A stretch of DNA of 62,673 nt, counting the filler. It is 6 parts of 6 records of this genome, joined end to end, with 100 filler letters (N's around TTAATTAATTAA, not from the genome) between each part and the next. Parts side by side here need not be neighbours in the genome. Positions count along the whole stretch, not along the records: positions 13,910 to 25,510 come from SRR20825019_2840; 5 more parts are not named here. One strand, given 5' to 3'. Position numbers and translations under genes: made by a program. Shown here one piece after another: positions 13,810-24,406 of this stretch (position 1 is the stretch's first letter; the number at the start of each line of letters is the position of its first letter). The notes beneath the pieces were generated by a model, which ran no database searches, was not told where the DNA came from, and saw only the letters and a list, made by a program, of their open reading frames with translations.

Positions 13810-13909
13810 NNNNNNNNNNNNNNNNNNNNNNNNNNNNNNNNNNNNNNNNNNNNTTAATTAATTAANNNNNNNNNNNNNNNNNNNNNNNNNNNNNNNNNNN
13901 NNNNNNNNN
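13810..13909. other. Artificial contig spacer (44 N + TTAATTAATTAA + 44 N)
   Basis: Identical 100-nt layout at five places; the linker puts stops in all six frames. Confidence 0.98.
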
Positions 13910-14109
13910 CCACCTCCCCACCTCCCCACCTCCCCACCTTCCCTTCTCCGCCCCTCATAGTTTGACATATCTGCAGAATCAACTTGTCAAGGAGAGTAAG
14001 CAACACACTATATTCTACAAATAGGAGGTTTTCCTCTTCTCATTCACCCACCTTGTACCCAAGAATATTTAATACCCTATTCACATACAAATCACATTCA
14101 CTCACAAAT

Positions 14110-15411
14110 ATGTCTTGCAAGTGGAATATTGCCGAAGAACGTCAGCTCCTCATTGCTGTTGTTGCCCATGGAAACGAGGACTGGGACGCCGTGTCTGAAG
14201 CCATGATTTGTCGCGACGCCTCCTCATGTGAGCACAAGTGGAATGAGCTTATGAGTGCCGAAATACAGAAGGGTCCGTGGACCAAGCCCGAGGACGACCT
14301 ACTCTTCCAGCTCACCGAAAAATATGGAGACAAAAAATGGAGCCTTATTGGCCAGTTTATGCCAGGCCGCACAGGAAAGCAGTGCCGTGAGCGGTGGCAC
14401 AACCAGCTGGATCCTAACGTCAGCAAGAAGCAATGGAGTTACGAAGAAGATGCAACCATTGTGCGCACTCAGAAGCGCGTCGGAAACAAGTGGGCTGAGA
14501 TTGCCAAACTTCTTCCTGGTCGTACTGATAACGCTATTAAGAACCACTGGAACTCAACTTTGAAGAGGAAAGTGGAAGAGGGACAATTCAAGGAGTGCCT
14601 AGTTGATGACGGCGAGGTAGAAGTTTCTGCGTCGAGCGGTAGCGAGCCCTTTCCGGGCTCCGGTTCCGTGACTCCAACAAAGTCGCGCTCCACTGCTGCA
14701 ACAGTGTCGGTCTCCCGCAAGCGTTCCTTAACTGTCGGATCTTTGGAAGAAGAAACTTGTCGCAAGGCCCCTCGTATCAATACTGTTATAGATCAGTATG
14801 ATAACCAATTCCAGTCGTCGGTTAACGTGGACCGCAGCTCCATGGAAATTTTGGATTCTTTGGCTCTCCCGACCGGGGATGAGGCTAACAAGCACTTGAA
14901 CATCTTGTCTGGTCTTTTCAGTGTCAACGAGATGGCTTCTGTGGCGTCACCGGCAACTGTAACAGCAATCCCTCCTTTGAAATCTTCTGGAGCTTCTGCA
15001 TTGGCGAAGAGGCGTGGCTTTGCCCAACTTGGTGTCGATACCCCGGCTCCTGCGGTAGAAACGAAAAAGATGGAGGATTTTAGCGGAAAGTCATGGTTTG
15101 GCAATATTAATAAGTCAACCTCTAGACTGGACTCTCCTAGCTCTTGGCTTTTGGGTAGTGGCAAGTTTTTGTCAGCCAATGTTCCCAACTGGTCTCCCCG
15201 GCTGCCAAACACTCCTCACGCTAGCTCGTTCTTCAATACCGAATCCTTGGAAGATGAGGTGAAGCATCACGTAAGCAACGCTGTCGTAGAACCAGTTCTG
15301 TCAATGAACTATGTGGAACCTTGCAGCGCCGATGACTTCTTCAATGCTGGCATCAACATTTTTAAGAACGATGACTTGACCCCGGTGACACCGATTCGCC
15401 CATATTTATAG
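14110..15411 (+). CDS. Three-repeat (R1R2R3) Myb transcription factor
   Basis: Three Trp-repeat Myb units: [86 protein letters not shown]. First ATG at 14110; intronless. Confidence 0.92.
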   Translation: MSCKWNIAEERQLLIAVVAHGNEDWDAVSEAMICRDASSCEHKWNELMSAEIQKGPWTKPEDDLLFQLTEKYGDKKWSLIGQFMPGRTGKQCRERWHNQLDPNVSKKQWSYEEDATIVRTQKRVGNKWAEIAKLLPGRTDNAIKNHWNSTLKRKVEEGQFKECLVDDGEVEVSASSGSEPFPGSGSVTPTKSRSTAATVSVSRKRSLTVGSLEEETCRKAPRINTVIDQYDNQFQSSVNVDRSSMEILDSLALPTGDEANKHLNILSGLFSVNEMASVASPATVTAIPPLKSSGASALAKRRGFAQLGVDTPAPAVETKKMEDFSGKSWFGNINKSTSRLDSPSSWLLGSGKFLSANVPNWSPRLPNTPHASSFFNTESLEDEVKHHVSNAVVEPVLSMNYVEPCSADDFFNAGINIFKNDDLTPVTPIRPYL

Positions 15412-16258
15412 ATATCATGCAAGAATACTACATCAAACATCCAAACATTCACACACTAGCAACAATCCATACAAGCAACAACAAACGCAATCTTTCAACC
15501 AGTCAACCAGTCAACCAAGTGTATATACCCTACAATGTATCCTAAGATTACGTATTAAATGCCTCCTAGATACTTACCAAAATAATATAGGAATTGGATG
15601 TTATCACAAAGTTGAGGGAGACAGGTTTCATCCACTGCCATATTACTTATAACCTGAACTCCTCCGCCACTGCGGCAGCCACAAAATGACAAGTCGAAAT
15701 AGGAAGCCATCCTCTACTATATATTCACTAAATAGAGATTTACTGCTGTAATTAGATCCAATTCAATGATGGACGACAAGCTAAGCTCGATTTGATTTCC
15801 GTTCAGAGGCGCCGAGGGCCGGGCGAGCAATGACCGTGTCTCCTGCCGGAGCTCGGCTTGTCAGTTGCCGAAGCCGGCATGCCATGCATGGGAGTCCCCC
15901 CAAAGCCCTCCGGCCGCTCACTCTCAATCGGAGACTGGATGATTTGTCCAAGATCGAGTTGGTGTCATCTGAACCCGCAGCGATACCACTCGTTGTGGAG
16001 TTTTGAAACCCAGCCAGTTTCCGGAGACAAGGTGAGTCTTGGCCGACACAACTTGGCCATCACCACGCCGGTTCTGGTGACACTCTTAGAGTTGGCGACG
16101 CCCTAAGCTTTGTGACCGGTTTATATTCACTCATAAGTATCCACAAACGACTCATCGCTCACTGAAGTGCTCAGACGTTGCAGGCGGGGGTTACCCCACG
16201 GTATGTAGGAACGCTCCTCGGAGTAATAGTTATTACGTAGGGTAGTCATAGATAGAAC

Positions 16259-18259
16259 ATGGCATCTGTGAGCACTCTGCCGTTTGACCATGAGCGCAGT
16301 GAGCGCGCAATTAGACATGAATATAATGCAATGACTGGGGAATGGAAAAAGAATGTAGTTCAAATATCAATGGACGAAGAACCTTTCGCTGAAGGTTCCA
16401 TGCGTCTTGCCCACAGGCTTCAGATTCTTGGACCCGAAAACCAGCCTTTGCAGTTTGTAGCAAAGTTTTTGAAAGAGAATATAGAGGGCACGAAGCAGGA
16501 CTACTTTGCCGATGTAGAAATGCAAATGGTTGCCAAGTATTGGACTCAACAGTTCAACACACAGAAACCCCCGAAAGATATTGACTTTATTATGGCATAT
16601 GTACTAGAGTTGGTTGACCGTCCAGGGCGCCCCATGTGTTGTGCAGAGCAATATGTGGAAGGCTTGTATGAGAAGTTCAACAATAACGTTGGTGGTGTAA
16701 GCGAGGTAGAGAGAAATACTCCTCAAGCATTTAGTCACTACACCTTTGAGGCGTCCCGTCACCAAGTGTTGGTGTGTGATATTCAAGGTGTGGGCGATTT
16801 GTATACAGATCCCCAGATACACTCACAGAGTGGAAAAGGGTTTGGCCGTGGGAATCTGGGTATGACAGGAATACGTGCGTTTCTTCTGCGTCATCGATGC
16901 AATGCTGTGTGCAGCTTTTTGGGTCTTCCTCCAATCAACCCCAAAAGCATGGACTTGGGGACTGTCCCGAGACCTGGAACTGGAAATTATCAGCAGGCTC
17001 AGGCAGCCAGGGCGCAACAGGCAGAGCAACAACAGAGGCAGTATGGCAGTATGGGCGCAGTTACTGCTGGTCCTGACGGTGGCCAAGACTCTGACTCACC
17101 ACCTAAACATCAACAAGCTGGTGCGGGCGGGTTTGGGGTAGGAGGAAGTTCGCCGCAGTGGAATCATCGAAGGCTGGCTCAGAAAGATCCGGGGAGGCCT
17201 CCAGTTAATCATCCGGATAAACCACCGCGGCCTCCGATAGGACCTCATGCTCATCAAATGCATGCTCAGCAACAGCAGCAACAACAGCAACAACAGCAAC
17301 AACAACAGGCTCCCCCCCACTCGGTTTCTCCTACCCCTGGATCTGTGCCACAGCCCGGATCACAGGGGATTGTTATTAATGCAAAAGATGCCCAGCGTTT
17401 GTTCTACAGTGGGTCGTATGACAAGACCATTAAGGCATGGAATCCAACAAATTTCCAACTAGTCACAACTCTTGCCGGGCACAAGGATTGGGTTAATTCG
17501 ATGAAGATTTGTGATAATACTTTACTATCTTGCTCTAACGACGCAACTGTAAAGATGTGGTCTCGTCGCGAGGTTAAACTCAGCAGAACTCTGAGTTTTG
17601 GGGACGATCCGATTTTGTGCCTGGAAGAGAGGGATAATAGACTCTTCAGCGGCACAGCAGCCAACAATATTAGTGTCTGGGATTTGAATAGCATGCGGTG
17701 TGTAAGTAATCTGCAAGGTCACACGGGCAGGGTAATGTGTTTATCAATACCTCAACCTGGCAAGCTCATCAGCGGTTCCTATGATGAGTCTGTCAAGGTG
17801 TGGGATGTGACAGATGGCCGATGTCTGCATACTTTGGATGGTCATACAGATCACATTAACACTATTTCGGTGGCGCCAGACGGGCGACGATTTTTCAGCG
17901 GTGCGGGGGATGACACTATTCGAGTGTGGGACATCGAGACTGGTCAGTGCTTGAGTGTACTGCAATCAGAGTCTCTGTGGGTCAACTGGCTAACGGTTGT
18001 GGGCGATCGTTTGTTGATATCGGGTTCGGGGGATGGTTCCATCAAAATATGGGATTTATCTACACTTCAAGTTGTTTCGAAGGTCAGCGGCCACCACGGT
18101 CCCGTTTACTGTATGGAGGTGGCAGGAAACGATAAGCACCTCTACACCGGGTCGCTTGACAAGACTGTAAAGATATGGGACCTTGGAAACCTCGACTGTG
18201 CACTCGCAGATTTGCGGGGGCACGAAGAGCCAGTGAAATGCTTAGCTGTTCCGCGATAG
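16259..18259 (+). CDS. Alpha-kinase + WD40 protein (myosin heavy chain kinase-like)
   Basis: Alpha-kinase motifs PFAEGSMR, FVAKF, EKFNNN, PQAFSHYTF, VCDIQGV, YTDPQIH, GFGRGNLG, HRCNAVC. Gln/Pro-rich linker, then about 7 WD40 repeats (GH...SGSYD..VKVWD). Confidence 0.93.
   Translation: MASVSTLPFDHERSERAIRHEYNAMTGEWKKNVVQISMDEEPFAEGSMRLAHRLQILGPENQPLQFVAKFLKENIEGTKQDYFADVEMQMVAKYWTQQFNTQKPPKDIDFIMAYVLELVDRPGRPMCCAEQYVEGLYEKFNNNVGGVSEVERNTPQAFSHYTFEASRHQVLVCDIQGVGDLYTDPQIHSQSGKGFGRGNLGMTGIRAFLLRHRCNAVCSFLGLPPINPKSMDLGTVPRPGTGNYQQAQAARAQQAEQQQRQYGSMGAVTAGPDGGQDSDSPPKHQQAGAGGFGVGGSSPQWNHRRLAQKDPGRPPVNHPDKPPRPPIGPHAHQMHAQQQQQQQQQQQQQQAPPHSVSPTPGSVPQPGSQGIVINAKDAQRLFYSGSYDKTIKAWNPTNFQLVTTLAGHKDWVNSMKICDNTLLSCSNDATVKMWSRREVKLSRTLSFGDDPILCLEERDNRLFSGTAANNISVWDLNSMRCVSNLQGHTGRVMCLSIPQPGKLISGSYDESVKVWDVTDGRCLHTLDGHTDHINTISVAPDGRRFFSGAGDDTIRVWDIETGQCLSVLQSESLWVNWLTVVGDRLLISGSGDGSIKIWDLSTLQVVSKVSGHHGPVYCMEVAGNDKHLYTGSLDKTVKIWDLGNLDCALADLRGHEEPVKCLAVPR
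17267..17308 (+). repeat. CAG/CAA repeat encoding poly-Gln (14 Q)
   Basis: Seen directly in the kinase-WD40 linker. Confidence 0.9.
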
Positions 18260-18397
18260 TTTCATTTGGTTGAATTATTGATCAAGCCGTAGTAGTAAAT
18301 AATACGATAAGAGCCAGTATGTGTGCAGGATGGACACTCAATTTATGTATATAACGTTGGTTGTCGTGGTAAAGGAAGCGTTTCACTAACTCAAATG

Positions 18398-19887
18398 CTA
18401 AAAGAAGGACTGAAGACCCGTGATAGACCGGCCTAGGATAAGAGCATGAATGTCATGGGTGCCCTCATAGGTATTCACAGCCTCCAAGTTGCAAACATGG
18501 CGAATGATATGATACTCATCGCTGATGCCATTTCCACCTAACATATCACGTGAGTTGCGGGCAATCTCGAGAGCTTTGCCGCACGAGTTCCTCTTGATCA
18601 GGCTGATCATCTCAGGAGCGACCATGCCGGCATCCTTCAAACGTCCTACTTGCAGGCACGCCTGAAGACCAATGCTGATCTCAGTGACCATGTCGGCCAT
18701 CTTCTTCTGCATCAGCTGGTTCTGTGCCAGGGGACGGTTAAACTGTTTGCGGTCCAACGTATACTGTCTAGCTTGGGTAAGGCAAGCCTCGGCCGCTCCG
18801 AGAGCGCCCCATCCAATACCATAGCGAGCATTGTTCAAGCAGCTGAATGGACCCTATCGCACAGGAGATGAGATTTAAGCCACAAAAATCAGAAGAAAAC
18901 GAACCGTGAGTCCCTTCACCTCAGGGAACATGTTCTCCGCGGGAATGCGAACCTCATCCATGACAATCTGGCCAGTGATGGATGCACGCAGGGACATCTT
19001 GCCATCAATCTTAGGTGTGGTCAAACCGGGCATGCCGCGTTCAAGAAGGAAACCGCGGATCTTATTCTCCGGGTCCTTGGCCCAAACAACGAACACATCA
19101 GCAATAGGAGAGTTAGTAATCCTATGCATAGTGTGAGTTCACATCACTTTGCGCAAGCTCAAAACGCCTACCAGGTCTTGGAGCCAGTGAGAACGTAGTC
19201 TGAACCATCCTTCTTGGCGCGAGTCTCCATGCCAGCGGGATCAGAACCGTGGTTGGGCTCCGTGAGGCCAAAAGCACCAATCTTCTCTCCTGTAGCGAGG
19301 CTGGGGAGATACTTCTCCTTCTGAGCCTCTGTGCCGTGCTCGGCAATGGGGCCCATCACCAATGAAGACTGCACGCTCATGGCTGATCTGTATCCACTGT
19401 CCACTCTCTCAACTTCACGGGCGACGAGTCCATAGGTTACATAATTAGTTCCGGCGCATCCATAGCCCTCAATTGTAGAACCAAGCAGACCGAGAGAACC
19501 CATCTCCCTCATGATTTCGCGATCAAAAGTCTCGTTCCTGAAACCTTCGGTCACACGAGGGAGAAGTTGTTCCTGGCAGTAGTCACGGGCCTACTCAATA
19601 AAGGAAAAACAATACTTAGACTTCGAGCGAAAAAAAGTTAGAAAACAATTAACGCACCACGTCGCGAACCATCTTCTCCTCGTCACTCAGCTGTGAGTCC
19701 AAGTTCAACGGGTCTTCCCAGTCAAATTGTGCGAACTTGGCTGTACTGCCACGTCAACAAAAGGACAAACAGTATTGTCTCATACGATACCTGGTGGCGC
19801 ACTTTCGGCAGCAACACTAGAGAAAGCCGCACTCCTGGACAGAGCCTGGCGAGCTGACACGGTCAAACGAGCAGCAGACGTCAACAT
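18398..19887 (-). CDS. GCDH: Mitochondrial glutaryl-CoA dehydrogenase, spliced
   Basis: Arg/Ser/Ala-rich presequence [82 protein letters not shown]. Short GT-AG introns, e.g. 19741-19790. Confidence 0.95.
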
Positions 19888-20392
19888 AGCTATGCTAGAG
19901 AAAGACTTATTATTGTATGGTGATGGATATATCCTTAAGAGCTGTGAAGCAACCGGCTGGGGGCGGCCTTGCAAACCTGCCACTGGCGCGCAACACAGTA
20001 ACTGATGATGCGGCTATCGTGAATGAGGAAGCCGGGGGCGAGGACCTCAGTAGAGTTCGTGCGGGCTTAAGGCTAGAAAGGCGTGAGCAGCCAGTGAGGC
20101 CGGCTGTCGAATCATGGTGCGCCTGGGTGGACTGGCGGACGTGCCCAGTCCGATGGGTGGCGTGTCTTTTCGATCATTCACAACACGCATGTGAATTTGA
20201 CCGAGAATAATGCGGTAGCTTACTTCTCGAATCCATCACCCAAATTATTCGATATCTTTTCAAGATACGCTTGGACTGTTAGACCAGAGGCGCCCCCGAG
20301 CTCCCCCGGCGAGAGGCTGCCAGGTGAGGCGCCGGTCGGCCATGATTTTCCCCGCGCGTGCTGGTCTTCCGCGGTCCATCCCTGTGGCCCAA

Positions 20393-20425
20393 CCAGCCCA
20401 GCCAGCCAGCCAGCCAGCCAGCCAG
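20393..20425 (+). repeat. (CCAG)n microsatellite in the divergent intergenic region between GCDH and the secreted-protein gene
   Basis: ccagcccagccagccagccagccagccagccag seen directly. Confidence 0.85.
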
Positions 20426-20608
20426 TAATTTTGTTAAACCTGCACATGCTTGTGAACGTGCACGCCTGATGAGGTTGTGGAGGAGCTTGAGTGGTCTACA
20501 CATATGTCAATGTTTACCGGTCAATAGTGAGAGTTGTTGCGAACAAGGGGTTATGAGGTGTTGACTGGATTTCAATCAATCGGACGACTGAGGAAATTGT
20601 GCTCAGAT

Positions 20609-23600
20609 ATGCGTTTGACAGTCCTGATCATTTTACTCTCATGGATTGGCTGTATACACACGTTGGCCAACTCTGAGGAGTGGAAGGCTGGGGATCCTGC
20701 TTACAGCGATTTCCCTCCTCTTCCAACGACCACCAACGGTGTGGACTCTGGCGGCACAGAGGTCTCCGTTCTCTCTGTAAAGCTTCTCGATGGTTGGAAA
20801 AATGACACGGAATCACACCGGAAAGGCCAAGCAGGAGCTCATGCCGTAAAGTTGCAGCAGTTTTGTAAGCTGTCTGGAACTATTTTCAGAGCAGGTTTGT
20901 GAGTGCAGTACGATTGTTCGCCTTGATTGTGACTTTTTTTCCATTAGACAAGGCCAAAACCAACATTTTGACGCTACCAAGCGGGTGCCGGCCAATTGCC
21001 GATATTCACATGCCAGTGGGCACTGCAGGGTTTGTTACAGTAACCTCTCAAGGAACTATGAAGCTTTTCGACTCTGAGGAGTCGAAAACAGCGATGACTC
21101 TTCATCTTGAGAATGTGGCTTTTCCTGTTGGTGCGAAAGAGGGTGTGAGTAAGGTACCACTGTCCAAACATGCCGAAGGAGGTACTGGGATACACTATCT
21201 TCCCGTTGGTTACAGCATGTGCATTCTATATGGGACAGTCAAACTAAAAAGTGCGGGATCAGGTTGGCAACACATAGCAACGTTGCCTGCCAACTGCAGA
21301 CCACATGGAAGGACAATTCATATGGGAATGTGTGGGAAGAAATTCTGTCGCTTTGACGTTTCAAAAGATGGCAAGGTTAATATATACGGAGGAAAGAATG
21401 GGGACATAGTCAGCGCCGGAGGCGTGTATTTCCCTACCACCAAGGGGCACAAGCTTCATGGACAAGCAGGCTGGGAACCCTATGGTCATACATACTTGGA
21501 CCCTCGATACATTCTTGAGGATAACAGAATATGTGTTCTGTCTGGTCTGTGGAAGAAAAGGCTTGGGGCCGGCCAAAACATTGGAGTGCTTCCAGAGCGA
21601 TGCCGTCCATGCACGACACATTCGTTCTCGGTGATTTCAGGAGGCAGTAGAAGGATTGTAAAAGTGACCCCCGAGGGCCAGCTTGTAAGCAGTGGAGGGT
21701 CCACCGGTTGGGTCGCCATGGATGGGATCACCTTCGTCACTGAAGCCCAGATTGTCAGTAATAGTATGTGATCTCTGTCCCATACTCTAGTGTCCAAACT
21801 AATAATCCAAAATCTTTGTAGTCACAGGGACTCCGTACTACAGTGCATCACTGGATGGTGTGTTTGATAGGGTACAAAGCTGGCCGACAGGAGAGTGGAA
21901 AGATATGAGGCACCAGGAGGGACGCATGCTTCTCCGGGTTGATCAAGGTGCCGGGAATTTCCGAGTCGTTCGACCAAAATTGGGTGGGATTTATCAAGTT
22001 AGGTTCTATCGAAATGCTAAGCAGTTAGGACCTGTAATTGCAACTGTCACGAAATCAGAGGGAAGTCTGATGTTGACAAACGGTGCCGAGAAATTAGGCT
22101 GGACAGTGAAAGGAAGCGTGCTTGTTCCACCGAAGGGTTGGATGACGAGTGAGTTTACGATTGATTTGATATGGTGGCCACTCACATAAGATTTGCAGAG
22201 AGTGCTCCTTTGCATTACAGTGCTGCGATTGTGGGAAGAATGTGGAATACTTACGCTTGGCCGGATGGACATTATGTGAAGATGGGCGGAAGAAAGGAAA
22301 TGGCCAATATTCACGTGAATCAGATCACCGGAGAATTGACGCCATCAATGTCTGGGGGAGGGGGGACATACGAGATTTGGTTCTTTAAAAACCTTCGAAA
22401 AGATGGACCCACAGTAGCTACTTGTGGTTCCAACTTGGCGGGTTTGACGTTGACACCTGAAGCAACTGCTATGGGCTGGAAGATGGATGGGAAAACGTTG
22501 ATACCCCCACCTCAGCTCTTGGTAGATATTCGTGATGAATGTAGGTTTTCTATCGACATGTGCAGTGGTCAAGTGTCTGATTGCTGCTGCAGTTGATATC
22601 GGGGTGCGTCTTGAAGTTGGAATGCTCTGGCCAGGATACAATGAGGCAAAGGATTGGAAGTTAGCCCATCCGTACACAAAAGAACGGCGGCTGAAAGGAG
22701 GCGTCTCATGGGAGAGGCGCATCAAGTTTTCTCACCCCTTTGCCACTGTACCGACTGTCTGGATGTCAATCAAGTCTTTTGCATTATATCCAAAGTTTGT
22801 AGAAAGAGGTGCAGTAGTGCTGATGTGTGAATGGTGGAGTATGCTGATGCTCTGTTGCAGTGAACGTAATGGCAAAGGATGTTGGTAAGGATGGGTTTAC
22901 ACTAGTGATGCAGACCTGGGGAGACAAGAAATATGGTCCTGGTCGCGTATTCTCAACAGGGATTACATGGACGGCAATGGGTCAAGACCATCTTCTCTTC
23001 TCTCGGCATATGACCATACAAAAGCATGTGGCATGGTTAGCCAAAGAGGTTCTTGAACGGCGAAAGTTTTACTTCCGAATGAAAGCATTGGTGGATGAGC
23101 TCTCTGGGAAAACAGGAAATGGTTACGGCAAAATTGTTGCCGAGCTCAAGAAAATGTTGCTCCTCCGGCGTAAAATGCACATGGTTAGTGATATCCTTCT
23201 GCACGACACGCTGATAACTGATTGAAGTTTCACAGAAAATGCTTGAAACGCGAAGGAAAGCTCAAAAGGCGGTACGGGAATGCTATAGTGTCATTAATCG
23301 TTTACGCGAAGTCGAGAAGGAATTGATGGCAAGAGCTGCAGAACTACGAAGGGGGTCCGAGCAACGCATTGCTGACATCAAGAAAGAGATTGATGAAATG
23401 AAGAAGAACAGAGGCAAATTAGAGCGTCTTATTAACAGACTTCGTTCATACAAGGCCAGGCAATTTCAGTATATTGATCAAGAAATCGATGAATTCAAAG
23501 GAGATATGCGCCATGTTAAGGAAAAGATCCGGGATCATGAAGACTTAGTAATGAAGAAGTTGAAGCTCGTTGCACTAAAGCAGAAGGCTGTGAAGGAGGA

Positions 23601-23988
23601 TATGATTCAAAAACGGCTTCGTGCTCAAGAGGATGCTGCCTTCGGACCCACTGCTCCTGATGGTAGCACCATCCATGAACTGAAGTCGGGTCAAAAGGTA
23701 TCATGCAAATGCCATCGCCGTGAAAACATTCCCACATATGTTATTGGTGATAAGGGAAAGAGTGAAATGGAAGCTGCTGATGGCAACAGTCAGCAAGGAA
23801 GTGCTGATGTGGGTCCCATTACGGTTACCCCCATATCTGAACTTCAAGTGGAAGAAGGGGTCAGCAATGATGATGGAACTTACAAGGAATATCCCGGCCC
23901 GCAGGGCGGTGAAGTGTTCAAAAGCGATGATCGTATCTGTATCTGCAGTGGACCTGCTCCAAGCTCATTAGAATTCACCCTAATGTAA
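20609..23988 (+). CDS. Secreted ~1020-aa multidomain protein: 3 phage RBP/tail-fibre-head-like repeats, 2 unknown repeats, H-type lectin, coiled coil
   Basis: Signal peptide MRLTVLIILLSWIGCIHTLA. Six GT-AG introns (20895-20947, 21764-21821, 22149-22198, 22541-22592, 22809-22860, 23184-23235) join seven ORF pieces in frame (3063 nt). Motifs (T/V)LPxxCRP three times. H-lectin-like IKFSHPFATVPTVWMSI...GFTLVMQTWGD...ITWTAMG. Confidence 0.85.
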
Positions 23989-24206
23989 ATTTTGAGGAAG
24001 AACACCCCTTTAACTGGACTTTGCTGGCTCTCGAATACTTTGAAATTTACTAACCGAACCTGTGCTCCTATACTTCACAACATGCCTGCAAAGTTGCCAG
24101 AAAAGGGGCGAACGCAAGTTATTGCATAGGTCAGTGGTAATAAATGAACTCCTGGAAGGCAGCTCTCCACAAGTGGCCTTCTCCTTGTAAGGTTTCGTCT
24201 TCGATT

Positions 24207-24406
24207 CTACTGCTTCTTATGCAACTGCTCCATCGCCTTAGCAGTCTCGACGTACTTCTCGACAGTTACTTTCACATCAGGCACTGCAATAACAGTCAGT
24301 GGGCTTGAGTGTTTCATAGGACTTAATAAACTGTACCATTGTATGTCTGTGCCACATACATGCCCGTGACCATGCCTAGGAGAAATATTGTGGCGCTCTT
24401 CATCAT
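24207..24406 (-). CDS. STMP1: STMP1/DUF4535-like short transmembrane mitochondrial micropeptide (48 aa), 2 exons
   Basis: Exons 24337-24406 and 24207-24283 (intron 24284-24336) give MMKSATIFLLGMVTGMYVAQTYNVPDVKVTVEKYVETAKAMEQLHKKQ*. This matches the FxxGxxxGxYxAQxYxxP family motif. Absent from the ORF track. Confidence 0.85.

Noticed and set aside
13854-13865. Recurrent TTAATTAATTAA as a biological repeat or CRISPR-like unit
   Set aside because: Always centred in 44+44 N; an artificial six-frame stop linker. ORFs running into it (ending ..XXLIN) are artefacts.
20948-21763. Prophage or endogenous virus as the source of the phage-like repeats
   Set aside because: Repeats sit in a spliced gene with a signal peptide among ordinary eukaryotic genes; no other viral genes nearby.
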